Source: an uncultured Spirochaetota bacterium (GTDB taxonomy: Bacteria > Spirochaetota > UBA4802 > UBA5550). From it: a stretch of DNA of 64,000 nt. The position numbers were made by a program, and so were the translations under genes. Each line of letters opens with the position of its first letter. Within the stretch, counting starts at the first letter, position 1. The DNA lies in contig CAWHAA010000002.1 in assembly GCA_963827275.1 (NCBI GenBank), positions 224,001-288,000 of the forward strand, in the 5' to 3' direction. Under the pieces are notes generated by a model, which was not told the origin of the DNA, did not search any database, and worked only from the letters and a program-made list of their open reading frames with translations. Below, piece after piece: positions 1 through 11,110 of this stretch.

Positions 1-1369
<1,369 letters not shown>

Positions 1370-1373
1370 TTAT

Positions 1374-1408
1374 AATACGCCCAGGGGAAACCCTGGGCGT
1401 ATTTTTTT
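1374..1408 (+). terminator. Rho-independent terminator immediately after 23S
   Basis: Perfect 13-bp stem AATACGCCCAGGG / CCCTGGGCGTATT with GAAA loop, followed by a T run. Confidence 0.9.
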
Positions 1409-1598
1409 ATGCACAATACCCGGGAATCAATTATTAAAGAGGGTTCGAGTTTCGCACCAATTGAAGCAAAATTTTATTGTTGTATTATTAGGAAGCTGTT
1501 TTATCATTAACGTGTCCGTAATTATACGTCTCGACGGCTTGAAGTGCCGGCATATTGAGATTCGCTTTGTCAGATAACGATGCACCGGGGATGCAGAA

Positions 1599-1922
1599 AT
1601 GGAGATAGATTCTCGAGAGCTGAAATCTCACAAGATACTCGCACCGAACGGCGATATTGATTATTTCACCGTAGGAGAACTGAAAAAGGCGGTGTTCGGG
1701 TTGATACAGGAAAAAACCAGGAGCATCGTCATTGACCTGAAAAAAGTAGAATATATAGATTCTTCCGGTTTCGGCATGATCGTCACCGCATGCCGGGCAA
1801 TGAATGACTATAACGGCAAGCTGGGCCTCATGAACGTACGCGATGACATCATGGCGCTGTTAAAAGTCGCCACATTCAACACGATAATGAAAATCTACAA
1901 GAGTGAAAAAGAATTGAAATAG
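1599..1922 (+). CDS. STAS-domain anti-sigma factor antagonist (RsbV/SpoIIAA family)
   Basis: GDIDYFT and IVIDLKKVEYIDSSGFG phosphorylation-loop motif; 107 aa. Confidence 0.9.
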   Translation: MEIDSRELKSHKILAPNGDIDYFTVGELKKAVFGLIQEKTRSIVIDLKKVEYIDSSGFGMIVTACRAMNDYNGKLGLMNVRDDIMALLKVATFNTIMKIYKSEKELK

Positions 1923-1962
1923 CGCCCGCGGGCGTCGCCGCCGCTTGAGTGCGTGAAGTCCA

Positions 1963-3381
1963 TCACACCATAACGCGGCTTTCGACCGGGAACCGTATCG
2001 TGAACTGCGTTCCATCCCGGTCCGACTGGATATCCACCGCTGCGTTATGGTCCTTGAGTATCTTGCTGCAGATGGAGAGCCCTATCCCCGTCCCGTGCCC
2101 CCGCTTCTTTGTGGTAAAAAATGGGGACCATATCTTATGCTTGATGTCCTCCGATATACCGCTTCCGTTGTCCTGGATCATCATCAGGACCGCGCCGCCC
2201 GATGTTGAGGTGGTGATCCGTATGGTGCCGCCGTCGTCCTGCGATTCGAATTCCTTTTCAAGAATCGCGTCTTTTGAATTCAATATAATATTCACGATAA
2301 GTTGTTCCAGTGAAATCCTGTCGCCGAAGATCCTGGGGATCGCGTCATCGAGCATGAAGACGAGATCAATGTTTTTCTTCTTGAGCTGGAGATGAATGAG
2401 GTCGATCGCCTCAAGGATGACCTTGTTGAGGTCGATCTGTCTGATTGAAAAGGGGGTCTTTTTCGAGAAGTTTCTGATGTGGTCGATTATGGATGAGGAT
2501 TTATCGACCAGCGAGCAGATCCTCAATAATTCAGACACGGCCTGCAGGTTTTCGAATTCTTCGGAATTGATGTCGTCTATCATGTTCTGGGCGATGCCCT
2601 TGATGCCGGTAAGCGGCTGGGCGAGTTCATGCGCGATGCCCGCAGTCAGCTCGGCGAGGCTGGCATGGCGCGCCATCTGCGAAAGTTCCAGGTCTTTTTC
2701 CGCGATTATCTTTCTGCACGATTCATTGCTCTGCTTCAGCCGGGTAATGCGGCGGTTCAGCTTGTTGTTCAACTCGTTTACGATGTTGAACTGTGAAAGG
2801 ATCCCTTCCATCCTGTTTTTTAAATTATACGCCATGAGGAGCGTGACGATGATGTTCATCAGTCCCGCCGAGAGAATGAAGTGTATCTCGTTGAGGGCAT
2901 ACACCGCAAGGGAGAGATAGGCAAAATTCAAAAAGATGGCCCCGAGCAGAAACAGCGATATCGGCTCATGCCTGCCGGGAAATATCATGTAGATGATATA
3001 GAGATAAAAGGAGATATGGAGGAGGTAAATTATCAGTGAGATCATTCCGGGCAGGAACACCATGGCGAACAGCGCCACCGCGCATATTGCATAGATCGGC
3101 ACAAGCGAGGTGTAACGGTAATGGTTGTACTTGTGCCGGATCATGTGGGAGAGAGTGACCGGGTACAGGCACAGGCCGAGCACCGTCATGAACGGGATCG
3201 TCTCAATCTCCAGGACGTTGTTGTACCGTAAAAAAAGCGGTGTGACGATAAGCAGGATGGCAATGCTGTCCGGCAGGAGGCGCTTGGCGTACCCGATGAA
3301 AAAAAACAGGATCCCGATACACAACTCGATGACTGAAGCGTAGAAGATGAAATTGATCGAGATTGTATAGAATAGTTCCAT
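1963..3381 (-). CDS. Membrane-bound sensor histidine kinase (NtrB-like)
   Basis: About 6-7 N-terminal TM helices; H-box AGIAHELAQPL, N-box QLIVNIILNSKDA, G1 DNGSG, F-box PFFTTK, G2 GTGIGL. Confidence 0.92.
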   Translation of the reverse strand: MELFYTISINFIFYASVIELCIGILFFFIGYAKRLLPDSIAILLIVTPLFLRYNNVLEIETIPFMTVLGLCLYPVTLSHMIRHKYNHYRYTSLVPIYAICAVALFAMVFLPGMISLIIYLLHISFYLYIIYMIFPGRHEPISLFLLGAIFLNFAYLSLAVYALNEIHFILSAGLMNIIVTLLMAYNLKNRMEGILSQFNIVNELNNKLNRRITRLKQSNESCRKIIAEKDLELSQMARHASLAELTAGIAHELAQPLTGIKGIAQNMIDDINSEEFENLQAVSELLRICSLVDKSSSIIDHIRNFSKKTPFSIRQIDLNKVILEAIDLIHLQLKKKNIDLVFMLDDAIPRIFGDRISLEQLIVNIILNSKDAILEKEFESQDDGGTIRITTSTSGGAVLMMIQDNGSGISEDIKHKIWSPFFTTKKRGHGTGIGLSICSKILKDHNAAVDIQSDRDGTQFTIRFPVESRVMV

Positions 3382-3538
3382 AATTTGCGTTAATTTTCAG
3401 GATTGAATAACTTCAATTGACATCTGGATTTAAAATTTATAACATGTCAATGTTTTATTGTTACAGCGTAACACATATTTGACGGGCGGGCCGGAGGGCG
3501 CTCGGGCCGCGCCTGCCGTAGTAGCCAGGAAAATGCAT

Positions 3539-4624
3539 ATGGGCGTAGCGTGCGGCATCATAGGGCTCCCGAACGTGGGGAAATCAACGATTTTTAACGC
3601 GCTCTCAGGCGCGGGCGCGCAGATGGCCAATTATCCCTTCTGCACCATAGAGCCGAACAAGGGGATTGTGCCCGTGCCGGACGAACGGCTTAAAACAATC
3701 GCCGCGCTTACCCACAAGGAGCATCCCATCCCCACGAGGATAGAGTTCATCGATGTTGCCGGTCTTGTCAAGGGGGCGTCGAAGGGTGAGGGGCTCGGCA
3801 ACAAGTTCCTGGGCCACATCCGGAACGTTGACGCCCTGGTCCACGCGGTCCGCTGCTTTTCGAACGATGACGTGGCGCATGTGACCGGCGACGTCGATCC
3901 GGTTCGCGATATCGAGATTATCAACACGGAGCTGATCCTCGCCGACATCGAGATCATTGAGCGGGGGCTCGACAGGGAACTGAAGCTCGCGCGCGGCGGC
4001 GACAGGAAGTCAAAATCGAAGGCGGCGGAGCTGGAACGCTTCATTGCGCACCTGAACGACGGGAACATGCTTCGCACGCTCGAAACAAGCGACGAAGAGC
4101 GCGTAACGCTCGCCGAATTCGGCGTTATCACCGATAAGCCGGTGATCTACCTGGCGAATATCGACGAAGAGAAGGATTCACGGAAGTACGTGGACACCGT
4201 CGCGGAATACGCGGCCAGGCAGGGGGCGCAGCACCTGTATCTCATCGGCAAGCTCGAGGAGGAGATCTCCGAGCTGCCGGAAAATGAAAAGCGGGAATAC
4301 CTTGATGCCATGGGGGTGTCTGAATCGGGGCTGGACCGGCTCATCAAAACGGCATATACGCTTCTGGGCCTAATCACCTACTACACCGCCGCGACCGAAC
4401 TGCAGGCCTGGACGCTCCGCGCCGGGACCCCGGCCGCGGCGGCAGCGGGAAAGATACATACCGATTTTGAAAGGGGCTTCATACGCGCGGAGGTGTTCCG
4501 GTATGATGACCTGGTGCGGCTCGGATCGGAAAAGGCCGTCAGGGAGCACGGTCTCTTCCGCTCCGAGGGAAGGGACTACATCGTGCAGGACGGCGATATA
4601 ATAAAGTACCTGTTCAACGTGTAG
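3539..4624 (+). CDS. ychF: Redox-regulated ATPase YchF
   Basis: GLPNVGKST, NYPFCTIEPN, DVAGLVKGASKGEGLG, C-terminal TGS (IHTDFERGFIRAE). Start set at ATG 3539 after AGGA. Confidence 0.97.
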   Translation: MGVACGIIGLPNVGKSTIFNALSGAGAQMANYPFCTIEPNKGIVPVPDERLKTIAALTHKEHPIPTRIEFIDVAGLVKGASKGEGLGNKFLGHIRNVDALVHAVRCFSNDDVAHVTGDVDPVRDIEIINTELILADIEIIERGLDRELKLARGGDRKSKSKAAELERFIAHLNDGNMLRTLETSDEERVTLAEFGVITDKPVIYLANIDEEKDSRKYVDTVAEYAARQGAQHLYLIGKLEEEISELPENEKREYLDAMGVSESGLDRLIKTAYTLLGLITYYTAATELQAWTLRAGTPAAAAAGKIHTDFERGFIRAEVFRYDDLVRLGSEKAVREHGLFRSEGRDYIVQDGDIIKYLFNV

Positions 4625-4706
4625 GGCCGTGTCGTAAAAGTCCCGTCGGGTTATTACCGGTTACGTTTTTCTGTTATGATTAATTTAAAGCTAAAGGATA
4701 GTGGCC

Positions 4707-5471
4707 ATGATTGAAAGACAGATTTATCAGCTTGTTCTCTACGGCTTCATGGGCGTGGCGGTGATTACGTTTATCTCTCTCTTTTTTATTACCGCCCCCT
4801 ACGGCAGGCACGCGAAGAAGGGCTGGGGGTTCCTGGTCCCCAACAAGGCCGCATGGGTCATCATGGAAGCGCCCGCGTCCCTCCTGTTCCTTCTGTATTT
4901 CCTGATCAGCGACAAGGATATAACGGCCACCCTTGTCGCGCTGCAGGTCATCTGGCAGATACACTATTTCCACCGCTCGTTCATATTCCCTTTCATGCTC
5001 CGGAGCGACGAAAAGGTCGCGATATCAATCATCATATTCGGCATGATCTTCAACTCCATCAACACCTACATCCAGGGCCGCTGGGTGTACAGCTTCTCGC
5101 CGGCGGGGGCATATCCGGCCGAATGGCTCGCGGACCCGCGCTTCATCATAGGCGTGGTTATCTTCGCCGCGGGGTTCGTCATCAACAAGCACTCGGATGC
5201 CATTACGCGGAGATTGTGGGACCCGCAGGACCCGGGATACAAGATCCCCTATGGCGGCATGTTCCGCTTCGTCTCCTCGCCCAACTACCTCGGGGAAATC
5301 ATAACCTGGATAGGATGGGCCGTGATGACATGGTCCCTTGCCGGGCTCTTTTTCGTCGTATGGACTGCGGCGAACCTGGTCCCGCGGGCGCGGGCAAACC
5401 ACAAATGGTACCTTGAAAAATTTCCGGAGTATCCGAAGAACAGAAAGGTCATGATCCCGTATATCTACTAA
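4707..5471 (+). CDS. 3-oxo-5-alpha-steroid 4-dehydrogenase (SRD5A/DET2-like membrane reductase)
   Basis: APYGRH, AWVIME, HYFHR, YKIPYGGMFRFVSSPNYLGE, RARANHKWY, RKVMIPYIY motifs of the steroid 5-alpha reductase family. Confidence 0.9.
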   Translation: MIERQIYQLVLYGFMGVAVITFISLFFITAPYGRHAKKGWGFLVPNKAAWVIMEAPASLLFLLYFLISDKDITATLVALQVIWQIHYFHRSFIFPFMLRSDEKVAISIIIFGMIFNSINTYIQGRWVYSFSPAGAYPAEWLADPRFIIGVVIFAAGFVINKHSDAITRRLWDPQDPGYKIPYGGMFRFVSSPNYLGEIITWIGWAVMTWSLAGLFFVVWTAANLVPRARANHKWYLEKFPEYPKNRKVMIPYIY

Positions 5472-5479
5472 GGGTACGG

Positions 5480-6169
5480 TTATTTCTTTTCGTAGGCGGT
5501 CTTGAGCTCGTTGAGCTTCTGCTTCTTTTCCCTGATGCCGTTCCGGTAGCCGGCTATTATCCTGCCGAAATCTATGTCGCCGGTGATGATGTTCTTGCGT
5601 TCGGTCTCGATGAACCCGAGGTCGGTGGTGATCTTAACCTGGCTCGCCACCTGGGCGTACTCCCTGACCCGTTCCCAGTAGGGCAGGGCTTCGGCATAGT
5701 GCCGTTCGGCAATGTCGAGGCTTTCGCTTATCTCCTGCGCATAATCCCAGTTGTAAAAGAGGACTTTCTGCTTGTCGTAGCGCGATGCAATCGAAAGGTA
5801 GCTCCTCATGATCAGCATGTTGATATGCATGAACATCAGGTTCCGGTATTTGAAGTATTCCCGGTCTGATTCTACTTTTACGAGGGCCATGGAAGGGTGA
5901 CGGAACTTGCGCTGGAGGGCCGTCTTGAGCCCCTCAATGTTTTTCCTGAGGGTGTTTTCATTATAGTAGAGCTTCAGCCCGTAGAGCTCATAGTAATCTT
6001 CGAGGTAATGGGGGACGGTCTGGTAGTGGAGCCGTATCTGCGGGATGTAGTCCGAAAAGGGGACATACCGGTCCCGTTCCTTTGGCTTGCTGAAATACTG
6101 GTACTGGTAATCCTCCGCGCTCAGCGCGGTAGCGGTTAACAGGAGTATGATGATAATATTTTTCTTCAT
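5480..6169 (-). CDS. Exported hypothetical protein
   Basis: Signal peptide MKKNIIIILLLTATALSA; helical; no family recognised. Confidence 0.75.
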   Translation of the reverse strand: MKKNIIIILLLTATALSAEDYQYQYFSKPKERDRYVPFSDYIPQIRLHYQTVPHYLEDYYELYGLKLYYNENTLRKNIEGLKTALQRKFRHPSMALVKVESDREYFKYRNLMFMHINMLIMRSYLSIASRYDKQKVLFYNWDYAQEISESLDIAERHYAEALPYWERVREYAQVASQVKITTDLGFIETERKNIITGDIDFGRIIAGYRNGIREKKQKLNELKTAYEKK

Positions 6170-6280
6170 GATCGGTGTATCATGTGAATGTCAAACATTG
6201 TAACGTGCCGTCATTCTGTAGTATCGGACAATCAGCAGGGAAAATTGAGCGGAATTGGGCCGGCCGGGGGGGTATCCGGG

Positions 6281-7153
6281 CTACTCTGAAAAAAACAATT
6301 CAAGGTATTTTCTCAATGCACGGGCGTACTCGAGCTTGATACCCGTCTCAACGGCCCAGGTTGACTGGGGGAATATGCTGAGGTTTGCTCCCAGGATCCT
6401 CTCTGCTTCGAGGATGAAGGAATAGGCCATGCTTTTTTTGAAATACCCGCGGTTGTGCCGGTCGAAAAAAATCTCCTTGTGCGCCTGGTGAAGGTTTTCA
6501 TCCCCTTTGCGATATACCCGGTAGGCCTCAACATCGGCCTGGTTGGCGTAGGTATCGATGATATTCATGCATTCCGATGCGCGGTAGAAATAATAGAGCA
6601 TGGTCGTGAATACTTCGAAATGCTCCAGAAGTTCCGGGTCGTCGGTTTTGTCTTTCAGGCGCCTTATGGCGTGATAACACTTGCGCACTGAAAAAACCAT
6701 CTTGTTGAATATGGCCCTGTTCGAGACTTTGTCCCGCAGCGGCAGGTTGTAGAGGTTGTACTGGAAGTAGCGGTACAGGGCGTCCTTTGAGGTTTCGCGC
6801 AGGTTTATGAATTGCTTCGTGAGGATTTCGGAATCGATGATGTCCTTGTATGGCTTTCTTGGCTCTTTCTGCGCTCCGGCGGGGGGCGCGGGAGGCGGGG
6901 CCGGTTTATCAGGGGGCGGTTCCTCGCTAAAGCGGCAGCTCATTATGGTCGAATATGCCACGTTGAGCTTGGTCATCGCCTGGTTCGCCCATTCGGCACG
7001 GTGGGGATTCTTGTCAGGGTGAAATTTGAATGCGAGCTTCTTGTATGCAGCGGATATCTCTTCATCGGTAGCGCCGGAAGACACATTTAAAAACAAATAG
7101 TATTGATCGATATTCTCCAATGGATTTTCCTGAGATGCAAAAATATGATTCAC
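6281..7153 (-). CDS. DnaJ (J-domain) protein with unknown helical C-terminal domain
   Basis: N-terminal J domain with HPD motif (AYKKLAFKFHPDKN) followed by a Pro-rich linker. Confidence 0.85.
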   Translation of the reverse strand: MNHIFASQENPLENIDQYYLFLNVSSGATDEEISAAYKKLAFKFHPDKNPHRAEWANQAMTKLNVAYSTIMSCRFSEEPPPDKPAPPPAPPAGAQKEPRKPYKDIIDSEILTKQFINLRETSKDALYRYFQYNLYNLPLRDKVSNRAIFNKMVFSVRKCYHAIRRLKDKTDDPELLEHFEVFTTMLYYFYRASECMNIIDTYANQADVEAYRVYRKGDENLHQAHKEIFFDRHNRGYFKKSMAYSFILEAERILGANLSIFPQSTWAVETGIKLEYARALRKYLELFFSE

Positions 7154-7327
7154 CGGACCGGGGCATGAATCCGGGGACAGGGCCTGAATTATTTAAATTA
7201 ATTTATTAATGGGTTGAAAAAAAGCAATTTATAATGAATTTTGATCCTTCCTTAATACCGATACATTGAATCTCCGACTGCATCAATAATTCACTATTTT
7301 TTTAAATTACAAGAATAAAAAATTTTC

Positions 7328-7373
7328 TTGACATATAAACTCATGTATGCTTATTATTTGTATAGATAATAAG
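7328..7373 (+). promoter_or_regulatory. Putative sigma70 promoter of lexA with overlapping palindromic operator
   Basis: TTGACA 7328-7333, TATTAT 7352-7357; inverted repeat CTTATTAT-N8-ATAATAAG 7350-7373. Confidence 0.6.
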
Positions 7374-7389
7374 CCGGGGGGATCCGCTA

Positions 7390-8010
7390 ATGGCAACGAA
7401 AGAAAAACCAAAACAGCTCACCGACAAACAGGAACGTATTTATGACTTTATCAAGGGATCGATAAAGGGCTCGGGGTTCCCCCCGACGGTACGGGAAATC
7501 GGTGAACAGTTCAATATCACTGTCAAGGGCGCCTACGACCATGTGAAAGCGATAGAAAAAAAAGGGTTCATCAAAACAGAACAGAACAAGTCACGCGCAA
7601 TAGTGGTGCTCGGGGAAGATGATGAAATCCCGGTTGATGCCATAACGATCCCTCTTCTCGGAAGGATCGCCGCCGGCTCCCCGATAATGGCGCAGGAAAA
7701 TATCGAAGAATATCTCAGCTTCCCCAAATCCATGTTCCGCAGCGGCGACTATTTTGCCCTCCATGTCAAGGGCGACTCAATGATTGAGGGCGGGATTAAT
7801 GACGGGGATATCGCCATTATCAAGAAGCAGAATAATTGCAATAATGGAGAAATTGTTGCTGCGTTGCTCGAAGACGAGGCAACATTGAAGAGGCTCAAGG
7901 TTTCCGGCAGCAAGGTAATGCTGATGCCCGAAAATCCGGCGTATCAGCCAATTGTTGCTGAAAATGCCTCGATCATGGGGAAGCTGGTCGCTTTATTCCG
8001 CAAGTATTAA
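7390..8010 (+). CDS. lexA: SOS repressor LexA
   Basis: LTDKQ..FPPTVREIG wHTH, Ala-Gly cleavage site (RIAAG), catalytic Ser (GDSM) and Lys (ATLKR). Confidence 0.97.
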   Translation: MATKEKPKQLTDKQERIYDFIKGSIKGSGFPPTVREIGEQFNITVKGAYDHVKAIEKKGFIKTEQNKSRAIVVLGEDDEIPVDAITIPLLGRIAAGSPIMAQENIEEYLSFPKSMFRSGDYFALHVKGDSMIEGGINDGDIAIIKKQNNCNNGEIVAALLEDEATLKRLKVSGSKVMLMPENPAYQPIVAENASIMGKLVALFRKY

Positions 8011-8181
8011 TGTGCCGATAGCATTGTTTTTCAATATATAAAACCCGCTTGAAGAAATCATTTATTTTTTAATGATGATTTTATTCTTGTATTTGATCCA
8101 CAGATCCGTTTATCACGTCTAATTATCTGCACTATGAGCGCAACCAACATGTCTATGAAAGATTTTAAGGGGGGTGGTGTT

Positions 8182-11088
8182 ATGGCATTACGAATAGCCA
8201 TCGCGGGGCTCATGCTCCTGGCAAGCTCCCTGTCCTATGGCAACGAGTGGCATGACGAAGCCGATCGCTGCTGGAATGAAGCGCTAAAATTCAAAAAACA
8301 GCACGATTACAAACAGACGATTGAATATCTAAAGCGCGCGGTTGCTGCCGAAAGGAAAAACGAGGAGCCGCGGAGTGAAGAGCTTATCGCCCAGCTCACC
8401 GAGCTCGGTCGCGTCCATGACATCCTCGGGGAGCATGAACGCTCCCTCCATTATTACACGCTTGCCATGAATGCTTCCCGAACGTACGAGAACGCCGAGC
8501 AGGAGATCGCGTCATTAAACAGTATCGGTGAAACATTTGGCAATCTCGGCCGGTATGAAGAGGCGCTTGCGTCTCATGAACAGGCGCTGGCTACTGCCGT
8601 GAAGAAAGGCTACAGGGACCGTGAAATGCAGGCGCGTTCCAGCATGGCGGCGGCCTACCGGGCCCAAAAAAAATTTGATAACGCGCTCAGCGAGTATGAA
8701 AAAGCCCTTGCCGTTGCACGGGAAACCGGGAGCGGGGCGAATATCGCGGTCATTACCAGCAATATGGGTACTCTCTATTTCTTTAAAGGTAATTTTGACG
8801 AGTCTCTCGCACACTATTCCGAGGCGCTATCCATAGACAGAAAATCAGGAAACGACAGGTCGCTGTCGATAGACCTGAGCAACATGGGAGTGGTGTACGC
8901 GGCTCAGGGAAGGTATGGAGAAGCACTCGGTTATTTCGAAAAGGCGTTAACGATTGACAGGAGCGGCAACGATGAATTGCGTATCGCGTCACGGTTGAAC
9001 CGGATCGGGGAAACGTATTTTAACCTCGGGTACAATGACCGCGCTATTGAATTCTTCACCAGGTCTCTTGAAATCAACACGAAGCTTAATAACAGGATCA
9101 ATGCCGCCGCTCTTCACAACAGCCTCGGGAGGGTGTATGATTCCATGGGCAGGTACGATGAGTCGATGGACCATTATCTCAAGGGCCTTACCCTCAACAG
9201 GAATATAGAATTGGATGAGTCTATCCAGTCCAGGCTCGGCGACATAGGGATGGTATATGAATCCCGTGAGCGGTACGGCGAAGCGGTTGAATATCTGAAT
9301 AAAGCGCTCAGGCGCGATATTCAGAATGAAAAACGGGGGCGGATAGCGCACAATCTTGGCAATCTTGGGAAGGTCATGATTTCAATGAAGCGATATGACC
9401 GGGCCCTCGAATATTTCAGGCAGGCGGAAGAGATAAACAGGGAACTCGGTGACGCGACAGGGGTCGCTGAAGATCTGAAAAACAGCGGCATTGTCTGCTA
9501 TTACCGCAAAGAATACGACGAAGCGGCGGCACACCTTTCGAATGCGCTGGCAACGCTGGATGCAGCGTATGCGGCACCGGGCCGGGCCTTTTTCGATATG
9601 AGGGCCGAGGTGTTCCGCTGGCTCATCGCGGTGCATGTGACGACCGGCAGGCCGGATACCGCGTATGAAATAAACGAGCGCTATTGCGAGGAAAAAGTTA
9701 ACTGCGCTACCGGTGATGCGTTGTGCATGAAAAAGGGAGCGGTCCTGGGCGCTGAGGAGCTGAGGAAAAATATCGGGAAAAACAGCGCGGTGGTGATTTT
9801 CACGAACATCTCGTGGGACGACCCGCAGGTGATTGTCATCGACGCAGGCGGTTCGGTCGGGTATGAGCTTGACAAGGCGGCGATGGTGAATGCCGTGTAT
9901 AACTCCCGGAAAAATGAGATTGAAGCATTCATGAGCCATAAAAAAAGCGATATTATGTTCAATATCGATCAGCGCCTGCGGCGGGACCATTATATCATAG
10001 AATTTGAAAAGATAGTCAACTATTACCGCTTTCTCATTGGGAAAAAATACATCGGCATCGACGAATATGAGACGCTGAAATATCTCGGTAAGACGATGTA
10101 TTCATTTCTATTCAAGAAGATCGAACGGAGGCTTGCTGATAAGGAAATCCTGGTGATTCAGCCCGACGCGTCACTCACGTTTCTGCCATTTGAGACCCTT
10201 GCCATGACAGATGGGAAGTTCCTGGTAGAACGGTTCGAAATATCGTACGCCTATTCACAATCGTCAAGGGCCGGCTTCAAGAAACGACTCTACCCGGCAG
10301 GGAGGAGGTCGATTGTCTCGCTGGTGAACATGAAAACGGATGTTCTACCTCCAGTAAAAAAAATAGATTCTGTCATACATTTCGATCATATAATCAGCGT
10401 TATCACGAAAAAAATTCGTAACAACGAAGAGATCCGCGAAGCATACGGCTTCTTCGGCTCCGGCGGTCTTGTGCCGTCGTACCAGGACGCGGCGCGGCCG
10501 GAAGACCTGAAGGGTGTTGCGCCGGACGCGGCAGTGATTTCCGGCGAGCGGGCCACCGAACCGGAATTGAAAAAGATGTCGGCATCCGGCTTCCTGTCAA
10601 ATTATAAGATCTTTCTTTTCAACGGGAGCGGAATCATCGTCCCGGAGACGCCCCTCCTGTCAGCGCTGGCTGTTACTGCGCGAACAGCCGGGAAAATGCA
10701 GGGAGACGGCCTGTTGAATATAAAAGAGCTGGCGGGGCTCGCGATACGGGCTGACCTGTTTCATGTTGCAGCGCTCAGGATCCCGCCGACCGGCTTCAGC
10801 AGGGGCGAGGGGATCTGGAGCCTGTGCAGCTCAATCAGGGAGGCAGGGGCGCGCGGGGTGTCCGTATCGCTCTGGCCGGTGGATGACAGGGCCAACCTGG
10901 AATTCAGGAACCGGGTGTTTGCCCGGATGCTGAACAAAAACATCCCCGCGGGCAGGGCCATTGCGGAAACAAAACGCGAATTCATACAGGGGGCAACGGA
11001 CCGGGAACCAGGGGGCAGCTCGCGTCCCGGGCAGGGTAATTATGCAAACCCGTATTTCTGGGGTTCCTGGATCTATTATGGCGATTAG
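8182..11088 (+). CDS. Exported TPR-repeat protein with C-terminal CHAT domain (catalytic dyad apparently lost)
   Basis: Signal peptide; about 11 TPRs (LNSIG..Y..LG.YEEAL); CHAT hallmarks IQPDASLTFLPFETL, SGERATE, VSLWPVDD, NPYFWGSW. Start could instead be 8134. Confidence 0.88.
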   Translation: MALRIAIAGLMLLASSLSYGNEWHDEADRCWNEALKFKKQHDYKQTIEYLKRAVAAERKNEEPRSEELIAQLTELGRVHDILGEHERSLHYYTLAMNASRTYENAEQEIASLNSIGETFGNLGRYEEALASHEQALATAVKKGYRDREMQARSSMAAAYRAQKKFDNALSEYEKALAVARETGSGANIAVITSNMGTLYFFKGNFDESLAHYSEALSIDRKSGNDRSLSIDLSNMGVVYAAQGRYGEALGYFEKALTIDRSGNDELRIASRLNRIGETYFNLGYNDRAIEFFTRSLEINTKLNNRINAAALHNSLGRVYDSMGRYDESMDHYLKGLTLNRNIELDESIQSRLGDIGMVYESRERYGEAVEYLNKALRRDIQNEKRGRIAHNLGNLGKVMISMKRYDRALEYFRQAEEINRELGDATGVAEDLKNSGIVCYYRKEYDEAAAHLSNALATLDAAYAAPGRAFFDMRAEVFRWLIAVHVTTGRPDTAYEINERYCEEKVNCATGDALCMKKGAVLGAEELRKNIGKNSAVVIFTNISWDDPQVIVIDAGGSVGYELDKAAMVNAVYNSRKNEIEAFMSHKKSDIMFNIDQRLRRDHYIIEFEKIVNYYRFLIGKKYIGIDEYETLKYLGKTMYSFLFKKIERRLADKEILVIQPDASLTFLPFETLAMTDGKFLVERFEISYAYSQSSRAGFKKRLYPAGRRSIVSLVNMKTDVLPPVKKIDSVIHFDHIISVITKKIRNNEEIREAYGFFGSGGLVPSYQDAARPEDLKGVAPDAAVISGERATEPELKKMSASGFLSNYKIFLFNGSGIIVPETPLLSALAVTARTAGKMQGDGLLNIKELAGLAIRADLFHVAALRIPPTGFSRGEGIWSLCSSIREAGARGVSVSLWPVDDRANLEFRNRVFARMLNKNIPAGRAIAETKREFIQGATDREPGGSSRPGQGNYANPYFWGSWIYYGD

Positions 11089-11110
11089 AAAAGCGCGCGT
11101 CCCGGCCTGT

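Noticed and set aside
1436..1460. GAGGGTTCGAGTTTCGCACCA resembles a tRNA T-loop and CCA end
   Set aside because: No complete T-stem, acceptor stem, D-arm or anticodon arm; not a tRNA or 5S.
8182..11088. TPR-CHAT as a Craspase-type or other defence effector
   Set aside because: Signal peptide, lost catalytic dyad and no adjacent CRISPR, gasdermin or substrate gene.
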